A stretch of 63,018 nt of DNA from Candidatus Aegiribacteria sp. (GTDB lineage: Bacteria; Fermentibacterota; Fermentibacteria; Fermentibacterales; JCC-6). The position numbers were made by a program, and so were the translations under genes. Shown here in pieces: positions 26,177 through 35,073 of the stretch. Positions within the stretch are counted from its first letter, which is position 1. The number at the start of each line of letters is the position of its first letter. The stretch is taken from the NCBI GenBank assembly GCA_021108435.1, contig JAIOQY010000170.1, positions 1-63,018 of the forward strand, written 5' to 3'. Below the pieces are notes generated by a model that saw only the letters and a list, made by a program, of their open reading frames with translations, had not been told where the DNA came from and made no database searches.

Positions 26177-29100
26177 ATGGCATTATTTGAATCGGGTCCC
26201 AGAAAAATTCTTAAGAGAATCAGGAAGTTTGCCAGTGAGGGCAGCGTAAATCGAGTATCCTCCACAGTCAAAGAGGAGAGAAGCATTCTTCTGGAAGAAA
26301 GCGGCGTTGCCCTTGAACTGCTTGAACTCCTTCTTGAAATAGGTCATCCGAATCTTGCGGCTGATGTCGGTGCAGAAGTCATACATCGCCACAGACAGGT
26401 AACCGGTGAAGTGCAGAATCTATTCCTTGAGCGGCTCAATGAGTTTTCGAGGTCAACTGATCTCTTGAGAACAACATGGAAGAGCTTTATTGACAGGCAT
26501 GATTTCAAGAGCGCTCTGAATGTACTTGGGAAAGCAGATGAAATAGCTGTAGCTAACCTCTTTGCGCTGATAGAAGATCGGGCAATGAACTCAACCAGAT
26601 TTGACGGAACTGTTCATCCTGAAGCCGATCAATCATCCCTTATGGAATGGGCGCTGTGTCTGTACTTCAATGAACATAGAAATGATGCAATTGACTTCCT
26701 CTGGAAAATCAGCAGAGAAGTGGAGTTTCCGCACAGAGACATTTCACTGCTTGCGTTTTGGATAGGGAATCAGGTAAAACAGCTCGAAAGCGGTCAATTG
26801 ATAGCTCTGATGGGTATTTCAGCGATTTCAGGAAAGATGGATGTGGCGATGCAATATGCCAATCAGCTTACCGGAAGTGATCTGTCACAGGATGATGCTG
26901 TTGATGCTGCTGATGTTATCGAGAAATGGATGATTCCGACTGACAGATCCGGCAGATCATCAGCACTGCTTGCTGAAATGTTTACAGCAGCCGGGAAAAC
27001 TGAAGCCGCATCCAAAATTCTTGAAGATGTATACAGCGATACTCTGGACAGAGGACAACTCGAAACGGCCATTGATGATCTGGTCTCGCATCCGGAGAGT
27101 GGGGCTGCGCCTCTTCTTCTTGCTGCACGAATGGATCTTGAAAACGGGAAAACGGCAGAAGCCTCGGAGGCAATTGAAAGAGCTTTCGAGATTGGGAATG
27201 CCGACAACGGCAGACTGATTGAGGTCTGCAGAAACTTGATATCAGCGACGGGAGACGATACGGGCATCATAGCTATGAAGCTTGCGTCGTATCTTGTCGA
27301 TAATGGTGATGTGAGTAACGCGGTGATATCATTATTCCCGATTTTGAATTCTGACGCCTCATGGGTATTTGAGCAGGTTCAGAAACTTCTTATACATGAT
27401 AAAAACAGTGCTTCAGTTCTATCTCTTCTTGCTGCGGTTCTTTTTGAAACAGGTAAAAAAGGTAAAGCAGCCGCGACTCTCGATCACCTGTCACGGAGAC
27501 TTGACAAAAAATTCTGCTCAGAATCAGCTGAGGTTCTCGATTTACTTGAGGATCAGGTTATCAGATATCCGGAACTCAGGGAAGCTAGAGCTCTGTTCCG
27601 GTTCAGAGCTGATAGACTAACTGATGCTGCATCCGACTGGTTCTCGATATTCCTTACCGGCAGGAATCTATCAACGGAGGGGCAGGAGCTTCTGACAAGT
27701 GACAGTATTGAAGTCGGATCCGTTTCAGAAATGGAGAAAGCAGGCTTTATGCCGGCTGATTCCTGGCAGGCATATGTAGCTTCTCTTATCACCCTCAGAG
27801 AAAAGAATGCCGATGCCTCAAATGAATATTTGCTTCTGGCTCTTGATGATATTGAATATCAGAGCAGCATCGCGGAAAAAGTTTCCGGATTGTCGGCTGA
27901 TCTTCTATGCGAACTGGATCTGGGGAGTATTCTACCAAAGATCTCTTCAGGAAAGGCTACAGTAACAGTAGCTTCAATTCTGGAGTGTCTCGGAGGTACG
28001 GAAGACTGGAAGCTTTCCCTCGTTACAGAGCTTGAATGGGGTAATCCGACTGAAGAAGCTGAGTTCAGGCTCAGATATCTTCTTGCTCAGGGTAAGATTA
28101 TCCTCGCCGGATCATCTTATATAGATGGCAGTATCGATGATGAATTAATGTGGAGCGTTGCCAGTGCCTGTAGGACAGCTGTTCAGGACAGGATCAGAGA
28201 GTCTCTTGAATTCCTTGAAAAGCCTGTAACAGCGATCAAGACCAGCAAGATGGCCAGAGAACTGCTTGAGTATCTGTTGCAGAGGGCTCCAGCTTTTAAT
28301 ATCAGAACAAGGGAACTGATCGCAATATCTTATGAGACTGAGAAAAGATTTGATGATCTTGCCAGGATTCTTTCTCCCGTTCTATCGGAGAAGAGTATGA
28401 TTGGTCTGCTTGGAAAAATGCATGAACGACACCCCGGTGAGTTCACGATAATCGATTCACTCACCAGAGCATCAGTCCAGACAGGAGATTTCCAGCGATT
28501 TCAACAGTACTCTGCTCTGATGCTGGATCTTGATGCTGACTCGAGTGCTGAACTGGTTGAAATGGCTGTATCCATGGCAATAATGACATCGTCGGGAGAA
28601 GCATATCTGTATGCTGCCCGAACTGCGAACAGAAACGGGATTGATGCGGATATTGATGATCTTATCACTGAGGCTGTCCTTCTTAAACCGGAGCTCTCTT
28701 CTGAAGGTCTTCTAACAGAGTTTACACAGCTTGGGTCCGTCTCAAAAATTATCTGTTCAATTGCAGCCGGTGATTCGGATACGTTCAATGAGATTATCCG
28801 GAAACAACCGGATATTGACATCCCATTGACTGAGGAACTGCTTGATATTGCCATCAGAAACTGGTATCCGGCGGATAACGCTGAAGCTCTTTCTGGCCTG
28901 GTCAGATCTGCATCTTCACTCGGATTCAAGAAACAGGTTGAAGAAATACTCTGCGGTATTTCTATGGAGGGTGGAGAGCCCTGGGACTCAATCGCTTCAG
29001 AGAAACTTCTTCGCGAGGTGATTGCGGGAAACGCGAAGAGAGCCTCCATCTGGAAATATGTCAAGGTTGACAGAATAATAGCCGAGGCTCTTGAGAGGCT

Positions 29101-29848
29101 CTTCCCGGATGGATATGATGATATCGGTGCTGAGGAGGCAAAAACTGTTGCTGAAGCTGTTCTGAAGTCCGGTCAGGGTGTGAGAAGATTATTCAAGCTG
29201 GCTGATGATACTATGCTGTTTCCTCCTGATGACGCATCATTAATGCTTAAGCTGGCTGAAGCATGTATGAAGACTCTACCTCCCCCGGGTTCCGAGGATT
29301 CCCTGTCTTCTCAGGAAACAGTCAGACTCGTACGAATTCTGTTATCCGCGGGGATGCTGTCCGAAGCAGTATCTATCGCAAAAGAGGGAAGTACGGATGA
29401 GTTACTCTCCATATTGAGCAATGAACTGCAGAACGCAAGGATTAAGTCATCCGTATCAGGCATTGAGAGGGCTTCCATACTCGCAATATCAGGAGATGCA
29501 GAGGGAGCATTAAAGGAGATTGACAATCTTGACGGAGAATATCCTGAAGCTCCGGATATAAAAGCTCTTGCTCAATGGAATCTGGGTTTCCGAAATCAGG
29601 CCATTTCGACCTGGATTAATGAATACAGAAAAACAGGCGGGGGAATGCCACTTAAACGACTGGTCTGGGCTATAGGGCAGACCGGTGCGATGATGGAAAT
29701 ATCTGCTCTTCGCAGATTTCTGGCGAAAAAACACCCTGCTCTTGCATCAATTATGGAAAACACAGGCATTCTGGATAATAGCGGCGGACTTGACTTACTG
29801 TCCGGGCTCCGGATCAATCCGAAAATGAAGAAGGTGAATAATGGCTAA
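26177..29848 (+). CDS. Very large (1223 aa) predicted cytoplasmic all-helical repeat protein, function unknown
   Basis: A long uninterrupted ORF with coding-like composition. It is Leu/Ala/Glu-rich and has no signal peptide or TM segment visible. Antisense ORFs are short. Confidence 0.6.
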   Translation: MALFESGPRKILKRIRKFASEGSVNRVSSTVKEERSILLEESGVALELLELLLEIGHPNLAADVGAEVIHRHRQVTGEVQNLFLERLNEFSRSTDLLRTTWKSFIDRHDFKSALNVLGKADEIAVANLFALIEDRAMNSTRFDGTVHPEADQSSLMEWALCLYFNEHRNDAIDFLWKISREVEFPHRDISLLAFWIGNQVKQLESGQLIALMGISAISGKMDVAMQYANQLTGSDLSQDDAVDAADVIEKWMIPTDRSGRSSALLAEMFTAAGKTEAASKILEDVYSDTLDRGQLETAIDDLVSHPESGAAPLLLAARMDLENGKTAEASEAIERAFEIGNADNGRLIEVCRNLISATGDDTGIIAMKLASYLVDNGDVSNAVISLFPILNSDASWVFEQVQKLLIHDKNSASVLSLLAAVLFETGKKGKAAATLDHLSRRLDKKFCSESAEVLDLLEDQVIRYPELREARALFRFRADRLTDAASDWFSIFLTGRNLSTEGQELLTSDSIEVGSVSEMEKAGFMPADSWQAYVASLITLREKNADASNEYLLLALDDIEYQSSIAEKVSGLSADLLCELDLGSILPKISSGKATVTVASILECLGGTEDWKLSLVTELEWGNPTEEAEFRLRYLLAQGKIILAGSSYIDGSIDDELMWSVASACRTAVQDRIRESLEFLEKPVTAIKTSKMARELLEYLLQRAPAFNIRTRELIAISYETEKRFDDLARILSPVLSEKSMIGLLGKMHERHPGEFTIIDSLTRASVQTGDFQRFQQYSALMLDLDADSSAELVEMAVSMAIMTSSGEAYLYAARTANRNGIDADIDDLITEAVLLKPELSSEGLLTEFTQLGSVSKIICSIAAGDSDTFNEIIRKQPDIDIPLTEELLDIAIRNWYPADNAEALSGLVRSASSLGFKKQVEEILCGISMEGGEPWDSIASEKLLREVIAGNAKRASIWKYVKVDRIIAEALERLFPDGYDDIGAEEAKTVAEAVLKSGQGVRRLFKLADDTMLFPPDDASLMLKLAEACMKTLPPPGSEDSLSSQETVRLVRILLSAGMLSEAVSIAKEGSTDELLSILSNELQNARIKSSVSGIERASILAISGDAEGALKEIDNLDGEYPEAPDIKALAQWNLGFRNQAISTWINEYRKTGGGMPLKRLVWAIGQTGAMMEISALRRFLAKKHPALASIMENTGILDNSGGLDLLSGLRINPKMKKVNNG

Positions 29849-30761
29849 AGCACCAGAATCTGACAAAAAGGGTCTTTCGATGGAGGAGCTTCTAACCGGA
29901 ATCGGAAAACTGATATACAAACTCAATGAATCCGTTGAGAATGGTAATGATCGTCTTGAGAAGCTGGAAACCAACCTCCTGACTATGTTTCAGGAGAGAT
30001 TTGATGGTATTACCGAGCAGCTTGTGAAGTCAAATGAATTGCTGGCTGGAGATTCACCTGATCCTGTCGATAAAAAGGTTTTTGTCAAAGAACTTGGAAA
30101 AGTAACCAAACTGCTTTCTGAATCCGCGAAGTCAATTGAGAAAACCGTAAAGGATGTTATCAGCAAGCAAGATAAAAAGGATGGAGGCGCACTAGCTGAG
30201 AAAGTCAGTTCTATTGATAAAGCTATAAAGGAAAATACTAAATATCAGAAGGAACAGCTTGAGGAGATGAATAAGCTGCTTTCACTTCATTCCGTAGAAG
30301 TAAAGGATAACCAAGTGAAAGATTTGAATCGCTCGGCGATAATGCATTTCAATAACGCGGAATACGAACAAGCCTTATCCAGCCTGCAGGATGCCATTGA
30401 AATCAGTCCTGACAATCCTGGACTTCTGGCAAATATGGCTCATGTAAAAGCATCTCAGGGGAAGCTGGATGAAGCGGAGGAAGATTTCAGAAAAGCTCTG
30501 AAAGCTGATCCTGACCTTGAGCCTGCCATTTCGGGCCTTGGCACAATTCTTGTCCATACCGGACGAGCGAATGAAACAATCGAATTCCTTCAAAAATTCT
30601 TTGAGAGGGAATCAGAACCTTCAATTGGAGTCATGATAGCCATGAGCAGAGCTTATGCGGCTGAAGAGAACCATTCAAAAGCTGTTGCTTTGCTCGAACA
30701 GGCTGAGAAGGTAGCTCCCGGGCATCCGGAGCTGGAACAGGAACTTGCGAAGTACCGATAG
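29841..30761 (+). CDS. Coiled-coil plus TPR-repeat protein
   Basis: The C-terminal half carries TPR-like repeats (YEQALSSLQDAIEISPDNPGLLANMAHVKASQGKLDEAEEDFRKALKADPD). It overlaps the upstream gene by 8 nt. Confidence 0.7.
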   Translation: MAKAPESDKKGLSMEELLTGIGKLIYKLNESVENGNDRLEKLETNLLTMFQERFDGITEQLVKSNELLAGDSPDPVDKKVFVKELGKVTKLLSESAKSIEKTVKDVISKQDKKDGGALAEKVSSIDKAIKENTKYQKEQLEEMNKLLSLHSVEVKDNQVKDLNRSAIMHFNNAEYEQALSSLQDAIEISPDNPGLLANMAHVKASQGKLDEAEEDFRKALKADPDLEPAISGLGTILVHTGRANETIEFLQKFFERESEPSIGVMIAMSRAYAAEENHSKAVALLEQAEKVAPGHPELEQELAKYR

Positions 30762-32952
30762 CTTCTTGAAGGTTATTCTTCTTCCGCTTATTCTGCTGAT
30801 CGGCTGCACCACACATCAGCCGAACGGGAATCAACCTGATGACATATCGTTTGAGCAGAAAAGCTGCCTGGCTGAAACATGCGGGGATTCTCTTGCAGTC
30901 ATTGGATTGAATGAAGAAGCTCGCGAATGTTTCATCAGAGCTGCACTACTGAGAACTCCGGAGGATTCACTGAGACATGATCTGATCTGGAAGGCGGCAG
31001 ATGTCAGTGATGCTTCCAGTGTAATCTGTGCACAGCTCCTTCTTGAGCAGACGGATTCGCTTGCTCCTTACAAAGCTCTTCAACTTGGTGGACATGAAGT
31101 TGGAAGAGAATTGATTTCATATATTTCCATGCGTGATTGTGTCATGCCTGAGTACCTGTATCTTGTTCTTGCTGATTCTCTTCTTGCTGGTGGAGAAGCT
31201 GATCTTGCTCTTATGATCATTCCGAATATTCCTGATGATCTCCCGGAAACCGCTCTTCGCAGCAAAACCATAATCCTATATCGCGCTATGCTGGAAACAG
31301 GAAGATTGTCAGACGCTGATTCTGTTTTTCTATCTGCTGAGAGTTTCCTGGATAACGAACTGATATCATTGCTCTGTCATTATACGGGCGTCTGGATGCT
31401 GAAGGAAGGAATTGAGGGATACAGCGAGGTTTTTCAGAGGGCCTATGAACTCTGGCCCGCAGCTCCCGTTCATGCTCATGGGTACGATATGATTCGAGAA
31501 TTCATACTGAATGACAGAAGCATGGCTGCCGCAGTTGCTGATCCTTTCTATTCAGGCGGGCTGTGGAACGAACTCTACGATATCGCTGTCAACTCCCCTG
31601 ATCCCGATCCTCACCTGTGGTATCTTGCGGCAAGAACAAGGGACCGACTGGGATTTTACGAAACAGCAGTGGAAATGCTGGAGCAGTACCGTGAGAAATG
31701 GCCGACAGGTAATGATACACCCGAAGTGCTGATTTATCTTGGACGTAATCTCGGACGGAACGGTGACTGGAGAAGGGGGCTGGAGGTTCTCGAACAGTAC
31801 CGCTCGGACTTCCCGGATCATCACAGGATCGGAAATCTTCCCTGGTATATGGGGAACATGCTGACTGAGAACAGACAGTGGAATCAGGCTATTCCGTGGT
31901 TCCGCATGACACTCGAGAAATACCCGTTCAACGTTACGGCTGATGATGCCCATTTTTACCTGTGCTTCTGTCTGATGAAGACAGGCAGGATATCGGATTC
32001 GATGGCGGAATTCGGCGATTTCATTTCAAGATGGACAGGAAGCGTCTACCTTTCTTCAGCGAAGTACTGGCTGGGAAAACTTCTTCTCGCAGAAGGTAAT
32101 CCGGACGGAAATGTGATTCTTGAGCAACTGATTGAAGACGCTCCGGCAAGCCTTCCTGCGAGCTTCGCGAGGGAACTCCTTGGAGAACCTGCCTGGAAAC
32201 CAGTTTATACCGAAGAATCTCTTACTGACTGGATGACCAGACACGAACATCCCCCGGTCCTGCCACCAGAGGAGGCTTATCGCGGACTGTTTCTGCAGGA
32301 AGCCGGTCTGAGGCACTTCGCGGATGGAGAATTCAGAAAAGCGGAAGAAATTGCAGGGGGGCCTGATTATCTTGCGCCTTTCTACCTTCAGAACAGCGTG
32401 TGGGAGAGAAGGCCTATTTCGGGTTATCTGATGTGGGATCTTGCAGGAGATGATAATGATCGCCCTCGAGAGCTATGGATGCTCCGTTATCAGATGGCAT
32501 GGCCGGAATTTGTTGTGCCTGCCGGAGAAAAATACGGACTGGACTCACTGTTTGCATGGGCTATCATAAGGAACGAAAGCATGTTCCAGCCGACCTGCTA
32601 TTCGGTAGCGGGAGCCAGAGGACTTATCCAGATGATACCAAGCACTTCGGAATATGTAGCGCTGCAGCAGGGCTGGGATGACTACTCTCCTGACAGGCTT
32701 TACGATCCTGCGGTTTCGATTGAATACGGCATCTGCTACATTGCCGGTGTCCTGCATAAGTTCAGCGGTGATCCGGTCATAACAGCTGCTGCGTACAATG
32801 GAGGCCCTCATAACGCGATTCACTGGGGAGCAATCGATATGGAAACCGATGAATTCTTTTCACTGATTACGTATAATGAAACAAAGAGCTATGCGCAAAA
32901 TGTTCATCATGCATACATTATATACAGAGCTCTCTACCTGGAACAGGAGTAA
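30745..32952 (+). CDS. Slt70-like soluble lytic murein transglycosylase (helical N-terminal domain plus C-terminal SLT); lipoprotein
   Basis: SLT motifs AWAIIRNESMFQP, GARGLIQMIPST and AAYNGGPHNA. Lipobox LLIGCT. TTG start. Confidence 0.8.
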   Translation: MRSTDSFLKVILLPLILLIGCTTHQPNGNQPDDISFEQKSCLAETCGDSLAVIGLNEEARECFIRAALLRTPEDSLRHDLIWKAADVSDASSVICAQLLLEQTDSLAPYKALQLGGHEVGRELISYISMRDCVMPEYLYLVLADSLLAGGEADLALMIIPNIPDDLPETALRSKTIILYRAMLETGRLSDADSVFLSAESFLDNELISLLCHYTGVWMLKEGIEGYSEVFQRAYELWPAAPVHAHGYDMIREFILNDRSMAAAVADPFYSGGLWNELYDIAVNSPDPDPHLWYLAARTRDRLGFYETAVEMLEQYREKWPTGNDTPEVLIYLGRNLGRNGDWRRGLEVLEQYRSDFPDHHRIGNLPWYMGNMLTENRQWNQAIPWFRMTLEKYPFNVTADDAHFYLCFCLMKTGRISDSMAEFGDFISRWTGSVYLSSAKYWLGKLLLAEGNPDGNVILEQLIEDAPASLPASFARELLGEPAWKPVYTEESLTDWMTRHEHPPVLPPEEAYRGLFLQEAGLRHFADGEFRKAEEIAGGPDYLAPFYLQNSVWERRPISGYLMWDLAGDDNDRPRELWMLRYQMAWPEFVVPAGEKYGLDSLFAWAIIRNESMFQPTCYSVAGARGLIQMIPSTSEYVALQQGWDDYSPDRLYDPAVSIEYGICYIAGVLHKFSGDPVITAAAYNGGPHNAIHWGAIDMETDEFFSLITYNETKSYAQNVHHAYIIYRALYLEQE

Positions 32953-33072
32953 ATGTCTATATTGCTTTGTAGATAAAGATTTGTTTCCACTAATACTCTA
33001 ATGAATTGAATTCAAGTTGTATAAGAAACACCTGAGTCGTTCCTGCCCTTTGCTGATCAGCGGAAACGCTGT

Positions 33073-34203
33073 ATGAAAACACGCCGGCCCATATCGATTA
33101 ACAACAGCCTTGCGCACGGTATATGCAACTACTCCTGCAGACTGTGCGGTATAAATGAAGCCTCCTACAACGGCCCGAGAGAGTTTCAATCACATATTGT
33201 TACGAAAACCGTTATTCAGCGTGTATTGAAATCAGCTGAATCCGGTATTTATGTCCGTTACATAGCCAATTCGGGTGATGGTGAGCCAACGCTTCACCCT
33301 GAGTTCGATCAGAGAATGAGGATGTTCGGTAAGATGCTGAGGGAATGGAACATATCCTCAGTTCCGCCGCCGGAAGTTTCCGTTGTGACCAACGGTCTAA
33401 GACTGAATATGCCGGGAATAATGGAATCATTTCTTGAAAACGATATATCTCTGATTATTTCCATGCCTACAGTAAAAGCTGAATCATACGGTTTGATCAT
33501 GATGGGTGACAGCAACAGGGGAGAAGCGCTCCTGTCCAGGGTACTGCCCGGTGTTGAGAAGGCAATGGAGTTCAGAGCAAGGGGACAGCTGTCAAAACTT
33601 TTATTTCACATCTCTCCACCGGAGATTGAGATCATAAGACATGATTTTCCGGAGACGATTGACTGCCTGACGAGGCTTGCCCGCAGTAAAGGGCTTGGCG
33701 AGATAGAACTGGTACTATTTCCAGCGACCAGTAACCGGTCAGGTTTGATCCGGAGCACTGTTGTCAAAGTCGATATGTACAAAGATCTATTCAGGCGGTA
33801 CAACGGACGCACTGTTAATGGCGTGAATATCCGGATGAAGCTTGTCCTGAAGCGTTTTTTCTCAGACATAGGCGAGATAGCAGACCTATTGCGGAGTTTC
33901 AGATTTCCCTGTCTCTGGAACGCGAACTTTTTCATCGCCGCTGATGGAAGTTCTATCTGCTGCAACGACCAATCTGTGCGGAACCCTCTCGGTAATATTC
34001 TATATGATTCAATCGATACTTTAATGCAGTACAAAGAGAAGTATATGCCCGGCAGAATATGTGCCGGCTGCAATCAGTCACCGGAGCGACTCAAGGGAAC
34101 TGTTGAAGCTGTACTATTTTCCTACGTGGTGAGATTACGTATGCTGTCAGCTGTAATCCATGATAGATATTCAACATCCGGTGACGACTTTTTTGAAACA
34201 TGA
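33073..34203 (+). CDS. Radical SAM enzyme with a C-terminal SPASM/twitch-like Cys cluster
   Basis: CX3CX2C in GICNYSCRLCG, the SAM-binding motif SGDGEPTL, and a C-terminal CLWNANFFIAADGSSICCND...GRICAGCN. Confidence 0.8.
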   Translation: MKTRRPISINNSLAHGICNYSCRLCGINEASYNGPREFQSHIVTKTVIQRVLKSAESGIYVRYIANSGDGEPTLHPEFDQRMRMFGKMLREWNISSVPPPEVSVVTNGLRLNMPGIMESFLENDISLIISMPTVKAESYGLIMMGDSNRGEALLSRVLPGVEKAMEFRARGQLSKLLFHISPPEIEIIRHDFPETIDCLTRLARSKGLGEIELVLFPATSNRSGLIRSTVVKVDMYKDLFRRYNGRTVNGVNIRMKLVLKRFFSDIGEIADLLRSFRFPCLWNANFFIAADGSSICCNDQSVRNPLGNILYDSIDTLMQYKEKYMPGRICAGCNQSPERLKGTVEAVLFSYVVRLRMLSAVIHDRYSTSGDDFFET

Positions 34204-35060
34204 ATGCTCTTGCTTCTGAAAAAGACGTTATCAGACACAATGACGACCAGAGTGGAGGAGTTGCTAGCATTAGCGAAGAAAATAAAGATATAACATCAGA
34301 TCTCATGCTTGCGGAAAGCATTGATGAGATGAAAGAAGCATTCAGGTTGATATATGACAGATATCTCGCATCGGGTTTTCAAGAACCGGATCCTTCTTCA
34401 ATGAGGATAGGGTTTCACAATCTTCTCCCCACAAGCAATCTGATGATTGTAAAAAGAAACGGAAAAGTTGCCGGTACACTCACCATAATCAGGGAGTGTA
34501 ATGGAAGGCTTCCGATTGACGTGCTTTTCAGCGAAGAGATCGATAAAATCCGGAAAAAGGATTCTATGATATGTGAACTGTCCGGTCTAGCAACGGATGC
34601 AGCACTACCGCGTAGAGAGAGCAAAGATATTCTACTGTCTCTCTTCAAAAACACCTTTATCCTGGGGCATGACATTCTGGGTTGTACCGATTTCTGTATG
34701 ATGATCAATCCGCATCATAGTGCTTATTACAAGAAGGATTTTAATTGTGAAAATATTGGAAAGGTAAAGCATCTCGAAAAAGTGAACGGGGCACCTGCTG
34801 TCCCTCTGAGGCTTAATACTATAACAGGTGAGGAAGTGTTTCAGAAAAATAATCCGCAGCTATATCGATATTTTACTGCAAATGATCGCCGGAATATCAT
34901 AGAGCGACTTTCGCATGAACTGCGAAATCAAAGGAAACTGTACTCTACGGAATACATCAGCAGCCTTGTTAAGGGCAAAAGCAATTTACTGAAAACACTG
35001 ACAGAAAAAGAGAAAAATATTCTCTGCTGCTATTACCCTGAATTGAGAGAAGTTGTATAA
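34200..35060 (+). CDS. FeeM-like N-acyl amino acid synthase (GNAT/LuxI-fold acyltransferase)
   Basis: EAFRLIYDRYLASGF, VAGTLTIIRECNGRLPIDVLF, ICELSGLATD, and MMINPHHSAYYKKDFNCENIG...VNGAPAVPLRLN. These match my memory of the FeeM catalytic-core pattern (vnPrH..fY...F...g....v.gaPAv). The ATGA overlaps the upstream stop. Confidence 0.6.
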   Translation: MNALASEKDVIRHNDDQSGGVASISEENKDITSDLMLAESIDEMKEAFRLIYDRYLASGFQEPDPSSMRIGFHNLLPTSNLMIVKRNGKVAGTLTIIRECNGRLPIDVLFSEEIDKIRKKDSMICELSGLATDAALPRRESKDILLSLFKNTFILGHDILGCTDFCMMINPHHSAYYKKDFNCENIGKVKHLEKVNGAPAVPLRLNTITGEEVFQKNNPQLYRYFTANDRRNIIERLSHELRNQRKLYSTEYISSLVKGKSNLLKTLTEKEKNILCCYYPELREVV

Positions 35061-35073
35061 AGTCAAAGAACTT

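Noticed and set aside
32953-33072. RiPP precursor peptide upstream of the radical-SAM/SPASM gene
   Set aside because: Only a 7-codon ATG ORF (MSILLCR) is present, with no SD. The 63-aa minus-strand ORF at 32998-33189 overlaps the rSAM start and has no leader or core character.
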